Shown piece by piece: positions 22,351-37,966 of a stretch of 64,000 nucleotides of DNA; position 1 is the first letter of the stretch, and the number at the start of each line of letters is the position of its first letter. The notes under the pieces are model-generated. The model was not told where the DNA came from, did not search any database, and worked only from the letters and a program-made list of their open reading frames with translations. This DNA is from Cyanophora paradoxa CCMP329 (Eukaryota; Plantae; Glaucophyta). The stretch covers positions 52,598 to 116,597 of the forward strand of contig QPMI01000258.1 of the NCBI GenBank assembly GCA_004431415.1, read 5' to 3'. Made by a program: the position numbers and the translations under genes.

Positions 22351-24347
22351 TCATGCGGGCAGATGGGCGGAGGCGGGGGCGGCGGAGGGGAGGTGCGGCT
22401 CGGGTGCGGGCGAGGAGGAGGAGGGGGCGACGACGGGGGCGGCGGTGAGGGGCTGCACGCCGGCTGCGCGAGGGGCGGGGCAGAGTCAGACGCAAGGAAA
22501 GGCATGGGCGGGGGGCGGGCGGGGCGGCACAGGGGCCGGCGGCCTCGGCGAGGACATCGTCGAAGGGGTTGGAGCCGGGGGCGGCCTCGCCGGCCCCCGA
22601 GGGGCCCGCCTCCCCCTCCTCTCCGAAGTCCCCCTTCAGCAGCTTCTGCCCTGCGCCCCGGCGTTCCCTCAGCGCGCGCGAGCGCAGAGGCGCGAGAAGG
22701 GGGCGCGCCCGTCTGCGTGGCCGTCGACTTGATGACTGATTTGATGCCTGCGGGGCGGGGCGGCGTCAGGCGCGCCGCACCTCCGCGCAGGGCGGGGCGA
22801 GGGGCGTGCCGATGCGGCGGAGGTTGGTCGCCGCGATGCCGATGTTCCCCACCGCCTCCAGCGTGTCCTTCGCCGCCGCCGCCGCGTCCGCCCCGAACCT
22901 GCGAGGCCGCCCGTGAGCCGGCGCCGGCGGGCCGCTCGAGGGCGGCGCCGCGCGAGGGGAAGCACTTCTTCTCGACGACGGCGGTGGTGGCGGCGGCGGT
23001 GCTGCTGGCGACGATCTTGACGGCCGTCTCGAGGCCGACGTAGAGCTCCCCCACCGCCGAGAGCGCCGACGCCGCCACCGCCTTCGCCGCCGTCGCCTTC
23101 GGGCCACTCCCGCTCTCCTTCCCGATCCCCATCTGCCGCCGCCCCGCCTCGCATCCCCCCGGCTCACCGACGGGGCCGGGGCGGGACGGGCGGCGGGCCT
23201 TCTTCCCGTAGCTGCTCTCCGCGACGCTGGAGGCGACGGTGCTCGCGAGGCTCAGCGTCGTCGCCCGCAGGCCCGCCACCACCCCCGCCGACACTGCCGC
23301 CCCGTCGCCCCCGCCGCGGGGGCCGCCGGGGGCGGCGCGGCGCGGCGCGGCGCGGACCCTTCACGGCGAGGTTCGTCGCGTACTTGGTCTTGGCGAGGTT
23401 GGCGCGCAGCTTCGGGTCGATCGTCTTAGGCTTCTCCGCCGGCTTCACGCGCGCCTTCACGTACTCCCCGCCCCTGCGCGGCCCCCGTCGGCGCCGGCCC
23501 CGCCTGCGGCCGGCCCCCCGCGCGCGCCCCCGCGCACTTGGCGATGCCCTTCCCCAGCATCTCCGCGCCCTTCACGAGCGACGCCGACAGCAGCTTCGAC
23601 CCTGCGCCGCGTTGGCCGGCTGCGTGCGCGGCCGGCGGGGTCGGCGGGAGGGCGCGCCGCTCTCGAGGCCCGAGGCGAGGCGCGTGCCCCCCACCAGGAT
23701 CTTCTGATCCACCTTCTGCTTCCGCGTGAGCTGCCCCGCGCCCGCCGCCGACGACGAAGACGCCCCCTCGTCCGTCATGCCGGGCGTGTTAATCTCGCCC
23801 TCGACCTGCTCCCCGCTGAGCGAGCGCGAGCCGCGAGAAAAGCAAGAGGGGCTCGCCTCCTCGGCGGCGTGTGCGTCGCGCGTGCGGAAGAGGCTGTTCT
23901 CTGTCAGGATCTCCTCGAGCTCCTCCACCGCCTCCTCAGTGACCGTGCTGGCAGCTCGTCAGCGCGGAGCTCCAGCTCGGCGCCCGGCGCGCTCACGGAG
24001 GAAGCTCGATGCGGAAGAGCCGCGCCGGCGGCAGCGGGAAGACGTACTCCAGCGGCTTCATCCGCAGCACTGGCACCTGTGCAGCGTTCGCCGCGTGTCA
24101 GCGGCGCATGCCGTGCCGGCCCCGCCGCAGCACGCTGACGCACATTCTTCACGAGCGGGCACGTAAAGCCGTCCATGGTCACGAAGACGATGGTCTGCGG
24201 GGCCCCGGAGGCGTCCTCGGACTCAAGGGCGCAGACGCTCATGTCGCCCTCGCAGATCAGCGTCGAGGTCTCGCCCTCCACGGCATAGCAGCTCACGCCC
24301 TCGATGAGGAGCAGGCGTGCCGCCTCCGCCTCGCCGTCTTCCGCCAT
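22351..24347 (-). CDS. Senescence/spartin-associated domain protein (SPG20/ERD7-like)
   Basis: PLVKNVPVLR..YVFP, LVKGAEMLGKGI..GEYVKARVKP, ELYVGLETAVKIVASSTAAATTAVVEKKFG.DAAAAAKDTL; NPF motif near the C-terminus. Confidence 0.85.
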
Positions 24348-24500
24348 TGCAAACACGTCGGCGCGGGCCTGCAGCACAGCTGTGAGCGCTAGCTATGCTT
24401 GTGTGGCGCTGTCTTATGAGGAAGGAATGCGCTTCCGCGCACTGTCTTGTCGTTGAGGGTGCCGCCTTACACGTACCCGCGCCCCGCTCACACCCGGGTC

Positions 24501-26535
24501 ATGGACGCGCAGCAGCCAGCAGCGGGCGCGAAGGGAGCCGGCAAGGGCAAAGGACGAGGACGCGGGGCGCCTGCCCTCGCCGCCCTCCCCGCCCCTGCAG
24601 GAGCGGCGCGACCGGCGTCAGCGCCCGTCGCTGCAGGCCCGCCGCGCTTGGGCACCCTCGGCACGTTCTCAGCTATACAGCCACCCGCACAGGGCCGGTT
24701 AGGCACGATCGGGCCGAGCGTGGATGCTGGGGCCGCCGGCGAGAAGAAGGTACACGGTTTCGATGCGTACGACGCTCACGCGCGCTGACCGACGCGCAGG
24801 CACGCTTTGTTCCGACAGTTCCTGTCAGGAGAAAGAAGGACGGAACGTGCGCTCTGGCCCGCTCTTCGCCTCGTTCCTATTCCCGATGCGCCTGACGAGC
24901 GCGATCGTCGCCTGCAGAGGTCCGTCCGAGCCGCCGGCGAGCAGCAGCAACATCGACAGTCTACTAGCGGGCCCGATTCCCGTGCTATTACAGGTCCGAG
25001 ACCCGCACCCCTCGATCGTGCGATGCCGAACTGTCCCTAGGATGCCGCGCGGACGGACAGCGGTGAGGGCCGGGGGCGTTTCAAGCCCCGGACGAGCCAG
25101 ATGGGCAGTGCGTCTCACGCTCGCCGCGGCGCCGGAGCGCACGCGCTAAGCGGAGGCGCGTGCGCAGACCAGCAGAAGGGGAAGTTCGTGGCGGGCCTGG
25201 GCTCGGGCGGGGCGGCGGGGCGTGGCGGGCCCCTGCCGCTGAACGCCGCCTTCGGATCCAAGGGCATAGCCGGTGAGCGTCGACGCCTCCTCGCCCCCGC
25301 ATCCGCCTCTGCGTCGGGGGGCGGCTGAGGCGGGCGGGGCCAGTGCGGCGGCTGGGGCCCGGGGCGGCCAAAGCGGCGCAGGAGGAGGAGGAGAACGACG
25401 AGTTCGTTGGCGGCGTGTACCAGCCGATGGCGCTGCCGCTGCTGGACCCGAAGGCGCGGCGCAAGAAGGAGGCGGGGCGGCGGGCGAAGCAGGCGGCGGG
25501 GCGGGAGGTCAAGACAGAGCCGATGGAGGAGGAGGGCGTGCCGGTGGCGGTGGCGGTGAAGGTGGAGGAGGAGGGCGTGCCGGTGGCGGTGGCGGTGAAG
25601 GTGGAGGGGGAGGGGTCGGAGGGGGCGGGGCGGGGGCTGGGGCGCAAGCGGGAGAAGCGGGAGGACGCCGAGGGCGGCCTCTCCATGGAGCACGACGAGG
25701 ACGAGGACGACGAGGAGGACGACGAGGAGGAGGAGGAGGAGGCCGCCGCGGGGGACGAGCCCGAGGCCGCCCGGGGCGAGCGCGGGCCGGGGGCGCCGCC
25801 GGGGGAGGCGGAGGGGGAGGAGGAGGAGGATCTGGGGCGGTTCCTGGCGAGGCACCTGGGGGAGGGGGACGCGGCGGAGGACCGCATCTTCTTCGTGCAG
25901 CTGCCCTCCCACCTCCCCATCGCCCCGGCCCGCCTCGCCGCCCCCGCCCCGCCCCCCGCCGTCAAGCAGGAGCCTGCCGACGAGGCCGCCGAGGCCGCTG
26001 CGAAGCCCGACGGGCCCGACGCCGCCCCGAAGGCCCTCCCCGCGCCCCCCGCCGCCCCGGGCGCGCCCGGCCCGTCTGCCGGCCCGTCGGCGGGCCCGTC
26101 GGGGGCGGGGGCGGCGCCGGCGCTGGCGCCGTCGGTGAAGCTGGAGCCCGGGGCGAGCACGGCGAGTGCCTCGAGCGCGGCGGGGGCGATCCCGGGGGCC
26201 GGGGGCGGCGGGGAGGTCCCCCCGATCATGAACGTGGGGCAGCTGCCGTCGGGCGTGGCGGGGAAGCTGCTCCTGCACCGCAGCGGCCGCGTCCGCCTCC
26301 GCCTCGGCGACATCACGTACGACGTGCGCCCCGCCCCGCCCCGGGCCCCGGGGGCGCGGGGGCGCAGGGGAGAGCGGGGGCGGGGGCGGGGCAGGTGGCG
26401 GAGGGGAGCCGGTGCACGTTCATGCAGCAGGCGGCGGCGTGCGCGCCGGGGACGGGCCAGTGCTTCATCCTCGGCGACATCGGGCGGCGCATCGTGTGCA
26501 GCCCCGACATGGACTCCCTCCTCTCCCACCTCTAG
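24501..26535 (+). CDS. POLR3D: RNA polymerase III subunit RPC4 (RPC53)
   Basis: N-terminal RFVPTVPVRRKK, IFFVQLPSHLP, C-terminal LPSGVAGKLLLHRSGRVRLRLGDITYDV.EG..F.Q..LGDI.RRIVCSPD. Confidence 0.9.
25526..25606 (+). repeat. 39-bp direct tandem duplication in the RPC4 coding sequence (EEEGVPVAVAVKV x2)
   Basis: GAGGAGGAGGGCGTGCCGGTGGCGGTGGCGGTGAAGGTG repeated. Confidence 0.8.
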
Positions 26536-26609
26536 CGCCCGCCCCTCCGCCCCCGCCCGGCGCTCGCCTCTACACGCCGACTTGCATACAGTATACAAGG
26601 GCGCCCCAA

Positions 26610-26699
26610 TCACTTGTCGCGGGGGACGTGCGTCACGGGCTGCGGCCCAGGGTGGTTGTCGAACGTCGGGAGCTGCGGGGCGTCGGATCAGATCAGACA

Positions 26700-26731
<32 letters not shown>

Positions 26732-28328
26732 CGGAGGCGGGCGTGGGAGGGGAGGGGCGGGCAGGGCAGGGCGGGCCTTGATTGTGTGGCGCCAGGCGAG
26801 GTAGCGGAGGAAGACGGCGAAGGAGGCGGCGCCGGCGATGCGGGCGGAGAGGGGCACGCCGAGCGCCCGCATCGCCACGTACGCCGCCCCGCCCGCGATC
26901 GCCGTCTGCGCCCCGCCCCGCTCGAGGCGCCGGCGGCTGGCGGGGCGGGAGGGGGCGGGAGGGGGTGGGGGGGGCGGGCTACCGTGGCGTAGATCTCGTC
27001 GATGGAGTGGAGGATGCGGGGCGGGCGGCGGCAGAGCACGTCGCGCGTCATGCCCCCGAACGTCGACGTGATCCTGTCCCCAGTCACTCACCGCGGGGGG
27101 GTCGCGGGGGCCGCGCGGGGCGCACATGCTGGACATGACGCAGAGGATGGGGGGCAGGCCGGCGCGGATGCCGTTCTGGGCCCCGATCACGCAGAAGGCC
27201 CCGATCCCCAGCGCGTCCCTGCGCCCCGCTCCTCAGCGGCGGGGCGAGCCGGCGCCGCCCGAACCCGTGCCCCGCGCACCCCCAGAAGAGAATGTCGTCG
27301 TCCTGCAGGGGGCGGGAGCGTGAGGCGGGGCGGGGCGGGGCGAGGGGCGGGGCGGGCCTCGTCGATGACGCCCTGGCGCTGGAGCTCGGGCCAGACGAAG
27401 AAGGTGGCGAGGGCGGTGGCGAGGGAGAGCCAGATGTACTCCGTCTCCCCGTCCATCCAGAAGACCCGCCGCCCCAGCAGCATGTCCCGGATCGTGCCCC
27501 CGCCCACTGCAGCCCCGTCCCGCCCCGTGCGCCCCGGCGCGCCGGCGGGGCGGCGCGTGCGCACCGGCCGTGATGGTCCCGACGGCGAGGCAGCCGAGCA
27601 GGTCCATCCCAAACTTGCCTGCGCCGGGGTCGCCCTCGGGGGCCGCCGCGGGGCAGGATGGCCCGGGCCGGGGCGGCACCGGCGGTGACGGTGCCGGTGA
27701 GGGCGAAGACGACGGTGCCGAACCAGTCGAGGGCGCGCAGCATGCCGCGCACGCTCAGCTCCGGGTACCGCGTCATGCTGTCGTCCGGGATCGCCGGCTT
27801 CGCCTCCCGCGGCTCCTGCGGCTCCTCGCCGTCGCCCCGGCCGCCCCCGCCGCTGCCACCCCCGCCGCTCCCGCTCCCGCTCCCGCCGCCGCCTCCCGCG
27901 TTCGCACCGCCGTCCGCCGCCCGCATGACGAACGCGACGGGTGACTGCGACATGCGCACACTGAGCTTAACATGTTTTTGGCTCGGCCGATGGCGGGCCC
28001 AGCTTGGGAGCGGCCGCGCCGACTAGCTCTGAGCAGTCAGAACGGGGCGGCGGACCTGCTTGGAGAACGAGAGGAGCATCTCGCCGCCGTTGGCGAACGA
28101 GAACTTGAGCTCGTTGATGTGCGACTGGCCCGAGGCGATGGCGAGCACGCGCCCGAGCACCGTCGGCGCCGCCGCCCCGGAGCAGTAGAACTGGCGGGCC
28201 GCGCAGCTGGGGCCGGCCGACGTCGGGGCGGCCAGCGTCGCCGGCGACGGGCGGTTGACGACTCCGGCGCGGAGGCCGAGCAGACGCGGCGCGCCGCGCA
28301 TCAGCGGCGTAGCCGCAACGAAGGCCAT
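26610..28328 (-). CDS. UPF0126/TRIC-family (YadS-like) membrane protein with plastid-type transit peptide
   Basis: MAFVAATP transit peptide; LDWFGTVVFALTG..MDLLG..TAVGGGTIRDMLLG..VFW; second repeat DALGIGAF.V.G..TFGGMTRDVLC..P.IL..EIYAT. Confidence 0.9.
26700..26731. repeat. Poly-G run (32 nt) inside the last intron of the UPF0126 gene (poly-C on the sense strand)
   Basis: Directly visible homopolymer. Confidence 0.9.
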
Positions 28329-28718
28329 CTTCGAGCGGGAAACTTGTTCCGGCTTCTCTCCTTCGGTTTCTGCGCCTCTGGCTACCGCCGGGTTGGTGTA
28401 ACCGCCAGTCAGGTCTGGATCGACGCGCCGGGGTACAGGCGATTCGGCCCAACAGCCTGCGGGCTCGGGGTACAGTTTAATTTGCTCGGTTCAACTCAGC
28501 TCCTCGCGTGCCACCGTGACACCGATCCATACACTGCGGCCCTGCCAACACATGCACCCTGGCACAGGCCCAGCGCTGGCACACTTGAAAATGTCACAGC
28601 ACAAGTTGGGGGCGCCGGGCGCGAAAGGGATGGCCTAGCCTAGTACCCTCGCGCTCGGAGCCGGGCCCAGGCCCGTAGACGCGCGGCCGCCGACGGTTGG
28701 CGTCCAGTCGGCGGCGCG

Positions 28719-30634
28719 TCAGTGCTTGGCGCACTTGTGGCCGTCGTCGCGGCCCATCCCCAGCAGGCGCTTCATGCCCTCGTCTGGTGCGGCGGGGCGT
28801 CAGGGCGGCGGGCGCGGGCGGCGGGGGCGTGGGGCGGGGCGGACAGGAGGCCCAGCAGATGGCGGCGGATGGGGCGTGGAGGGCGACGCGCTCGCGGAGG
28901 CCGGCGGCGAGGGCCCGCGGGCCCTCCTCCGCCAGGATGCGCGCCAGCGTGTCCCGCGCCCCCTTGTAGCGCACCCCCTCCCCGAAGTGCGCGTGCCTGC
29001 CCCGCCCGTCAGCGCGCGTGCACGCACGCGCGGCGGAGCGGGCAGGGCGGGGCGGGCGCACAGGCGGCAGCCGGCGTGGTGCTCATGCCCGTGTGCGTGC
29101 GCGTGGCCTGCCGGCTGGAGCTCAGCGGGAGCAGACGGGGGGGGGCGGGGGCGGGGGGGCCGCACCGTGCTCGTGGTGGTGGTGGTGGTCGTGCGCGTGG
29201 CCGTGGCCGTGTGCGTGGGCGATGTGGAAGCCCTGCGTCTGGATCCGCGTCTTGATCTGCCCGCCCCGGTGAGCGGGGGCGGGTGGGCGCGGGGCGGGCG
29301 GGGCGGGCGGGGCGGGGGCGGGGCGGGCCACGTCGAGGGGGTTGGTGAGGGCGCCGGCGAGGGCCCCCGAGACGAAGCCCGAGGCGAGGTCGAGGGGCAT
29401 GCCGGCGGCGCCGGCCTCGCTCAGCGCCCGCCGCGCCTGCTCGAACGTCGCGAAGTACACCGCCGAGTACGGCACTGCCCGGCCCCCCCCCCGTCGGCCC
29501 CGCCCCGCCCCGCCCAGCCGCGAGGGCCCCGTGCGCGGCACGCGGACCGTTCATGACTGCGGGGAGGGGGGCGCGTGAGCGCGGGGGTGCGGGAGGGGGG
29601 CGGGGGCGGGGCGGGCACCGAGGGTGATGGGGAGGGAGGACCAGAGGGAGCGGTAGCCCTGCGAGACGCGCACCTCGGCCAGCACCGAGGCGATCGACCG
29701 GTGCGCCCCCGTCGCCAGCTGCTGCCGCTGCGCCCCCTCTCAGCGCGCCCACCGGCAGCGCACGGGCGGGCGGGCGGGCCGGCGCACCTGCTTGATGACG
29801 TCGAGGGGGACGGTCATCACGTCCTGCGCGATGGTCGCGACCCCGCCGGCCGCCGCCTCGGCCCAGGCGCTGTGGCCAGACTTGTCGAGCACCTCCTTCG
29901 CCACCTCGTACACCTGCGCCGGCGTTTCGGCGGGGCGCATGAGGCGCCGGGCGGGCGAATTCGAAGGCGGCGCGGACCGCGTAGAAGCTGCGCCGGCAGG
30001 CGAACGGTCAGCGGCCGGGCGCTTCCGAAGGAGGGCAGGGGCGAGGCGCGCACAGCGAGTGCGAGGGGCCGTTGCCGGCGGCGGCCGCGAGCACGCCGCG
30101 GAAGAGCCCGGCGCCGCCCTCTGCGTGCAGGATGCCCCGGAGCGTCTGCAGCATGCCGACCCTGCTCGCCGGGCCGCCCGCCGACAGCGCCTGCATCCTG
30201 CGCCGCGCGGCGTCGATTCGAGCGAGCCGAAGCCGAGAAGCTTCGAACCTCGTCTTGATCAGGTCAAGCGGGTGCATGGAGACTTGCTCGATTGTCCCTA
30301 TCGCTTGGGGGTCAGCGGCGGAGCGCGGCGCAGTCGCGGCGGCCGCCCTGACCTGCGAACGCCCCGGCCGCCATGTACCTGGCGTGAAGCACGTCAGCTC
30401 TCGCGCGTCGACGACAGGACGGGCGCCAGCCGACCGAATGAAGGCGTCGGTGCCCTCGTGCTCGTGGCCGTGGCTGTGGCTGTGGTGGTCGTGGCTGTGG
30501 TCGTGATGGTCGTGGTCGTGATGATCGTGCTCGCACGCTTTGTGGTCGTGGACGTGATGCGCGTGTCCGTCCGCCGACTTGGGCGGGCGCGCATCATTAT
30601 GCTCGCGCGCTCCACTGGCTGCTGGGCTTGACAT
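28719..30634 (-). CDS. Mitochondrial carrier, mitoferrin-like (MRS3/4, SLC25A28/37), with His-rich tracts
   Basis: Three carrier signatures HPLDLIKTRMQ, VPLDVIKQRQQ, NPLDVIKTRIQ; mitoferrin-like AGAFAG.IEQ, GPSHSL, SLPITL.MNVPYSAVYF, APSAAICW. Confidence 0.88.
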
Positions 30635-30789
30635 GCTGCCGAGCAGCTCAATTACGCCAGGAGCGGAAGTACGCAGCGCACGGCTCGACCGCGCGCACCG
30701 AAAGGTGATCCGTCTGGAGCTGGCGAGCTGCACGGGAGCTGCTGCAGCTGTGAGACTGGCGCGTCTACGGGGTGGTTGCGCAGAGCGCG

Positions 30790-32983
30790 GCGACGAACAG
30801 AAGAATGATGAGCCGGGGAACGAACTGGTGCCGGGTACAGCGGCGGCTCGCTTTGAGCCGAGTCGTTGGCGGCGTTATCGGCCGCAGAAGAGCTGGCTGA
30901 ATGTACAGCTGGAGGAGCGCCTAGCTCACTGTGTTTATGTCAGCTGCGGACGGGCCGAGCGTGGACCGGTCCGTCTGGCAGAAGCGCTACGAGAACGCGC
31001 TTGCCCTCCACGAGCGGGTGCGCCTGCAGCTCACAACTCATGCAGCTTGCGCGCCGGACATGCCGACCGACGCACTCGCAGAGCCGCTTTGAGAGCGCCA
31101 TCCTCGAGTTCTCCCGCTGCCTCTTCGTGCGCCCACGGCCTCTGCCTGCCTCTTCTTCCCGTAGCTAACGCGCGGCGCTGCTAGCTTGCCCCGGAGGACG
31201 CGGATCTCTACTACCGCCGGGGCCTCTCGTACTTGGCGTGCGGGGACGTCTCCTCGGCGGCGAGCAATTTCTTCCGGTGCGGCGGCGTCTGCTGCTGCGC
31301 CTCGCGGGGCGTGCTGAGGCTGGCGGGGCCAGGGCGCTCAAGCTCGACCCGGGGCTCGCGGAGGCGAAGGAGCAGCTCGCGCGGGCGTACGACCTCATCG
31401 GCTGCGCGCGCCTCGAGGAGCGCAACTTCGAGGCGGCGCTCGTGTGGTTCAAGAAGTGCGCGGAGCTCCAGCCGGGGGTCGCCCGCTACCACCTCCACAA
31501 GGCCCTCGCCCAGCTCGGCGTCAAGAACGCCGGCGAGGTCCGCCCCCGCCCCCTCGCCCCTGCACGAGGCGGGCCGCGGCCGACGAGGCCGGCCTGCTCG
31601 GCGCTGCGGGGCGCAGGCGCTCAAGGCGCTGAACGCGCACCTCGCGCTCGACCCGCGGAGCGTGCAGGGCCTCCTCATCCGCGCCAAGCTTTACGACCAC
31701 TACAAAAACGCGCGCCAGCCCGCCCGCTCGCCTGGAGCCCGCCGAGCCAGGCGCGCTGAGGCGGGAGCGCGCAGCGGGGCTTGGCGGCGGAGGACATGGA
31801 CGCGGTGCTGGAGATCGAGCCGGAGAACGCGGAGGCGCGGCGCTACAACGCGGCCTACAGGAAGCAGAGCGAGGCGCTGTTCCAGGACGCGTGCCAGGCG
31901 CTGCTGGCGGGGCGGGCGCAGGAGGCGGCGGGGATGCTGACGGAGGCGATCAAGCTGGAGCCGGAGGACGTGCGGCGCTACGTGCGGCGCGGCGTCGCCT
32001 ACCGCCAGCTCGGCCGCTTCAAGGAGGCCATCGACGACCTCAAGGAGGCCCTCGAGCGCAGCGCCGCCTCCGCCCTCGCCGCCCGCGGCGACCCCGAGGG
32101 CCCAGGCCCCGCCCTCCCGATGCCCCCTCCGGACCCCGAGGCTAGGCGGCAGCTCGCCGTCACCTTCAACGAGATGGGCGTCCAGCTCTTCAAGAAGGGC
32201 GCCACGGAGAAGGCCCGGCAGTGCTTCGACAACGCGTGCATCGCAGACCCCGCCGTCTCCGCCTTCCTCGTGAACCGCGGCGACTGCTCGCGCGCTATGC
32301 GCGACTTCGCGCGGGCCGAGGCGGACTACCGGGCGGCCCTGCGCCTCGACCCGGCCAACCGCGAGGCCGCCAAGCGCCTCGCCGTGCTGCTCGGCGCCCA
32401 GGGCAGCGCCCTCTTCAACCGCGCCCGCTACAGCGACGCCTACGAGCTCTACTCGCAGGCGCGCCCCGCGGCCCCCGAGGCGCCCCGGGCTGGCCGAGGG
32501 CCTGACGGGGCGGGCGGGCAGGCGATCCGGCACGCGCCGAACGTGGCGGCCTACTACGAGCACCGCGCCAAGTGCGACGCGGCGCTCGGGGTGCGTGGGG
32601 CGGGGGCGGGGGCGGGGTGGGGCGGGGGGGCGCTGAGGCGCGGGGCGCAGCGGAACGACCTGCTGGTGGGGGACCTCGAGGAGGTGCTGCGCCTGGAGCC
32701 CTCCAACCGCGCCGCCCACACCCAGCTCCTCCTCCTCCGCGGGCCCGCCCCCCGCCGCCCCGCCCCGCCCTCCCTCCCCGCCTCCCCGGCCCCGCCCCGC
32801 CCCCGCCCGCCACCAGAAGAGCCCGCCCCGCGCCTTCTAGCCCCGCCGCCTCCCCTCCTCCTCTGCCTCCGTCTCAACACACTTCTTCTCCCCCCCCCCC
32901 CCCCTCCCCCTTCCCCCCCTCTTCCTTCCCTCACCACCCCCCTCCCACGTGCACGTACCGAGAGTCGCGATTTCAATGCGTAA
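30790..32983 (+). CDS. TPR-repeat protein, TTC16-like
   Basis: Multiple TPRs (LYYRRGLSY, YVRRGVAYRQLGRFKEAIDDL, RQLAVTFNEMGV, FLVNRGDC..AEADY..AL.LDP). Start and end uncertain. Confidence 0.75.
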
Positions 32984-33011
32984 GAAATGGCGGATCGGTG
33001 AGGGGCGCCTG

Positions 33012-34192
33012 CTACTCGTCGGGCCCCGGGGGCGGGGCGGAGCGGATGGAGGAGAGGAAGGCACGCTGGCGGCGGGCCATCTCCGCGAGCGTCTCCCCCC
33101 GAATCTCCCGCACGAAGGCCGGCGAGAGGAGCGAGAGCAGGTACAGCGCCCGCTCGTCCAGCCCCTCCCCCTGCCGGGACCCCCCTCGGAGGGGGAAGGG
33201 GGGGGGGAGGGTGCGGGGGTACGCGGACGTCGCGGGGGAGGTCCTCGCTGCTGCCGAAGACCTCGTCCTGCATGCTGCGGCGGACCGCCTCGAGGGCGCG
33301 CGGGAGGGCCGTCGCCGCCGCGCTCCACCAGCCGGGGGCGGCGCGCATGGCCTCGTTGAAGGCGGTGTGCTTCTCGAGGAGGCCCGGGGCGGCGGCGGCG
33401 CCCACGAAGGCGAGCTGGGCCTTGGAGCGGGCCGTGAACCACCCGAACGCCCCCTCGTCCCCCGCGAAGTACCTGCCGCCCCCCCGCCGCCCTCAGCGAC
33501 GACGCCGCTGGCATGGGCTGGGAGCGCGGTGCGTGTGAGCGCGCCTGGCGAGGCCCAGGGCGTGGAGGGCGATCGCGAGGACGCTCTCCTCGCCATGCGC
33601 GCCGCGGTCCGCCCCGAGGGCCCCGCACCCGAGGGCCTCCTCGGGCCTCCCGCACGGCACGCCGCACTCGCGCAGCACGCCCCGCGCCAGCTCGGCCCCC
33701 TGCTCCACCAGCGCCTCCGCCCGCCGCCTCGCCCCCTCCGACCCCGCGAGGCACGCCGGCCCGCCGCTCGCTGCCAGCGTCCGCGCCGCCAGCGCCCGGC
33801 ACTTCAGCTGGAACGGCTTCTGAGGGGCGCAGCGGTTAGCGCTGGCGCCAGCGGCTGCTCGCCGCGGCCGCGGCCGCTGTCCGGATCCGTCGCGCACGGG
33901 GGTTTCTTGTAGATCCCGCAGCTCGAGGAGCTTCTTGTAGATCCCGCAACTGGCCTCCAGGCTCCCCGTCTTCGCCAAGCACGTCGCCACCCGCAGCATC
34001 GCACCCGGCGCCTCTGCCCGCGCCGCGTCACAAATGGTACACACGGACGGCCGGCCCCGTACCGCTCGCGTCCTGCTCCGTCGCGGTTTTCAGGGCTTTC
34101 AGCATGCTTGGGACGAGGCTTTGGGCGCGCTGCGGGTCGCCTGATTCCTCCCATCGGAGGACCTGCTGTACAACAGACTCCAGACCTTCCAT
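33012..34192 (-). CDS. Hypothetical helical protein, multi-exon
   Basis: Coherent exon peptides (MEGLESVVQQVLRWEE.., GAFGWFTARSKAQL.., LDERALYLLSLLSPAF) bounded by host-type introns. No family recognised. Confidence 0.5.
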
Positions 34193-34505
34193 AGCTCGCC
34201 GCCTGCGCCGCCGATTAGACGCTTTAAAGGCGCTTTGGGTCATATTGCATCGAATGCGGGCTCCAAGGGCCAGCGGCCGCGCGGCGGGGGCCGGGCGAGC
34301 TAGCGACTTCGCGGTTCGCGAAGGGGCGCGGGGGACGGGGACCGACCTGATGCGCGCCTAATTCGATCCGTTTTCTCTGCGACGACGTACGCGCCCTGTA
34401 CGTACGTGCGCGACGACGACTCTTTCAAACCAATGCGCCGAAAGCCCTCCCCCCCCTTTCGTGGGTACGCAGTCGTCAAGATTCCAGGGCAGAGTGCTGC
34501 CTGAG

Positions 34506-37966
<3,461 letters not shown>

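Noticed and set aside
30632-30635. Palindromic CATG giving overlapping start codons for mitoferrin (-) and a + strand ORF leading toward the TPR gene
   Set aside because: Probably coincidental; the TPR gene start cannot be fixed without transcript data.
33904-33949. 17-bp direct repeat TTCTTGTAGATCCCGCA
   Set aside because: A short local duplication inside a coding exon, with no sign of a mobile element.
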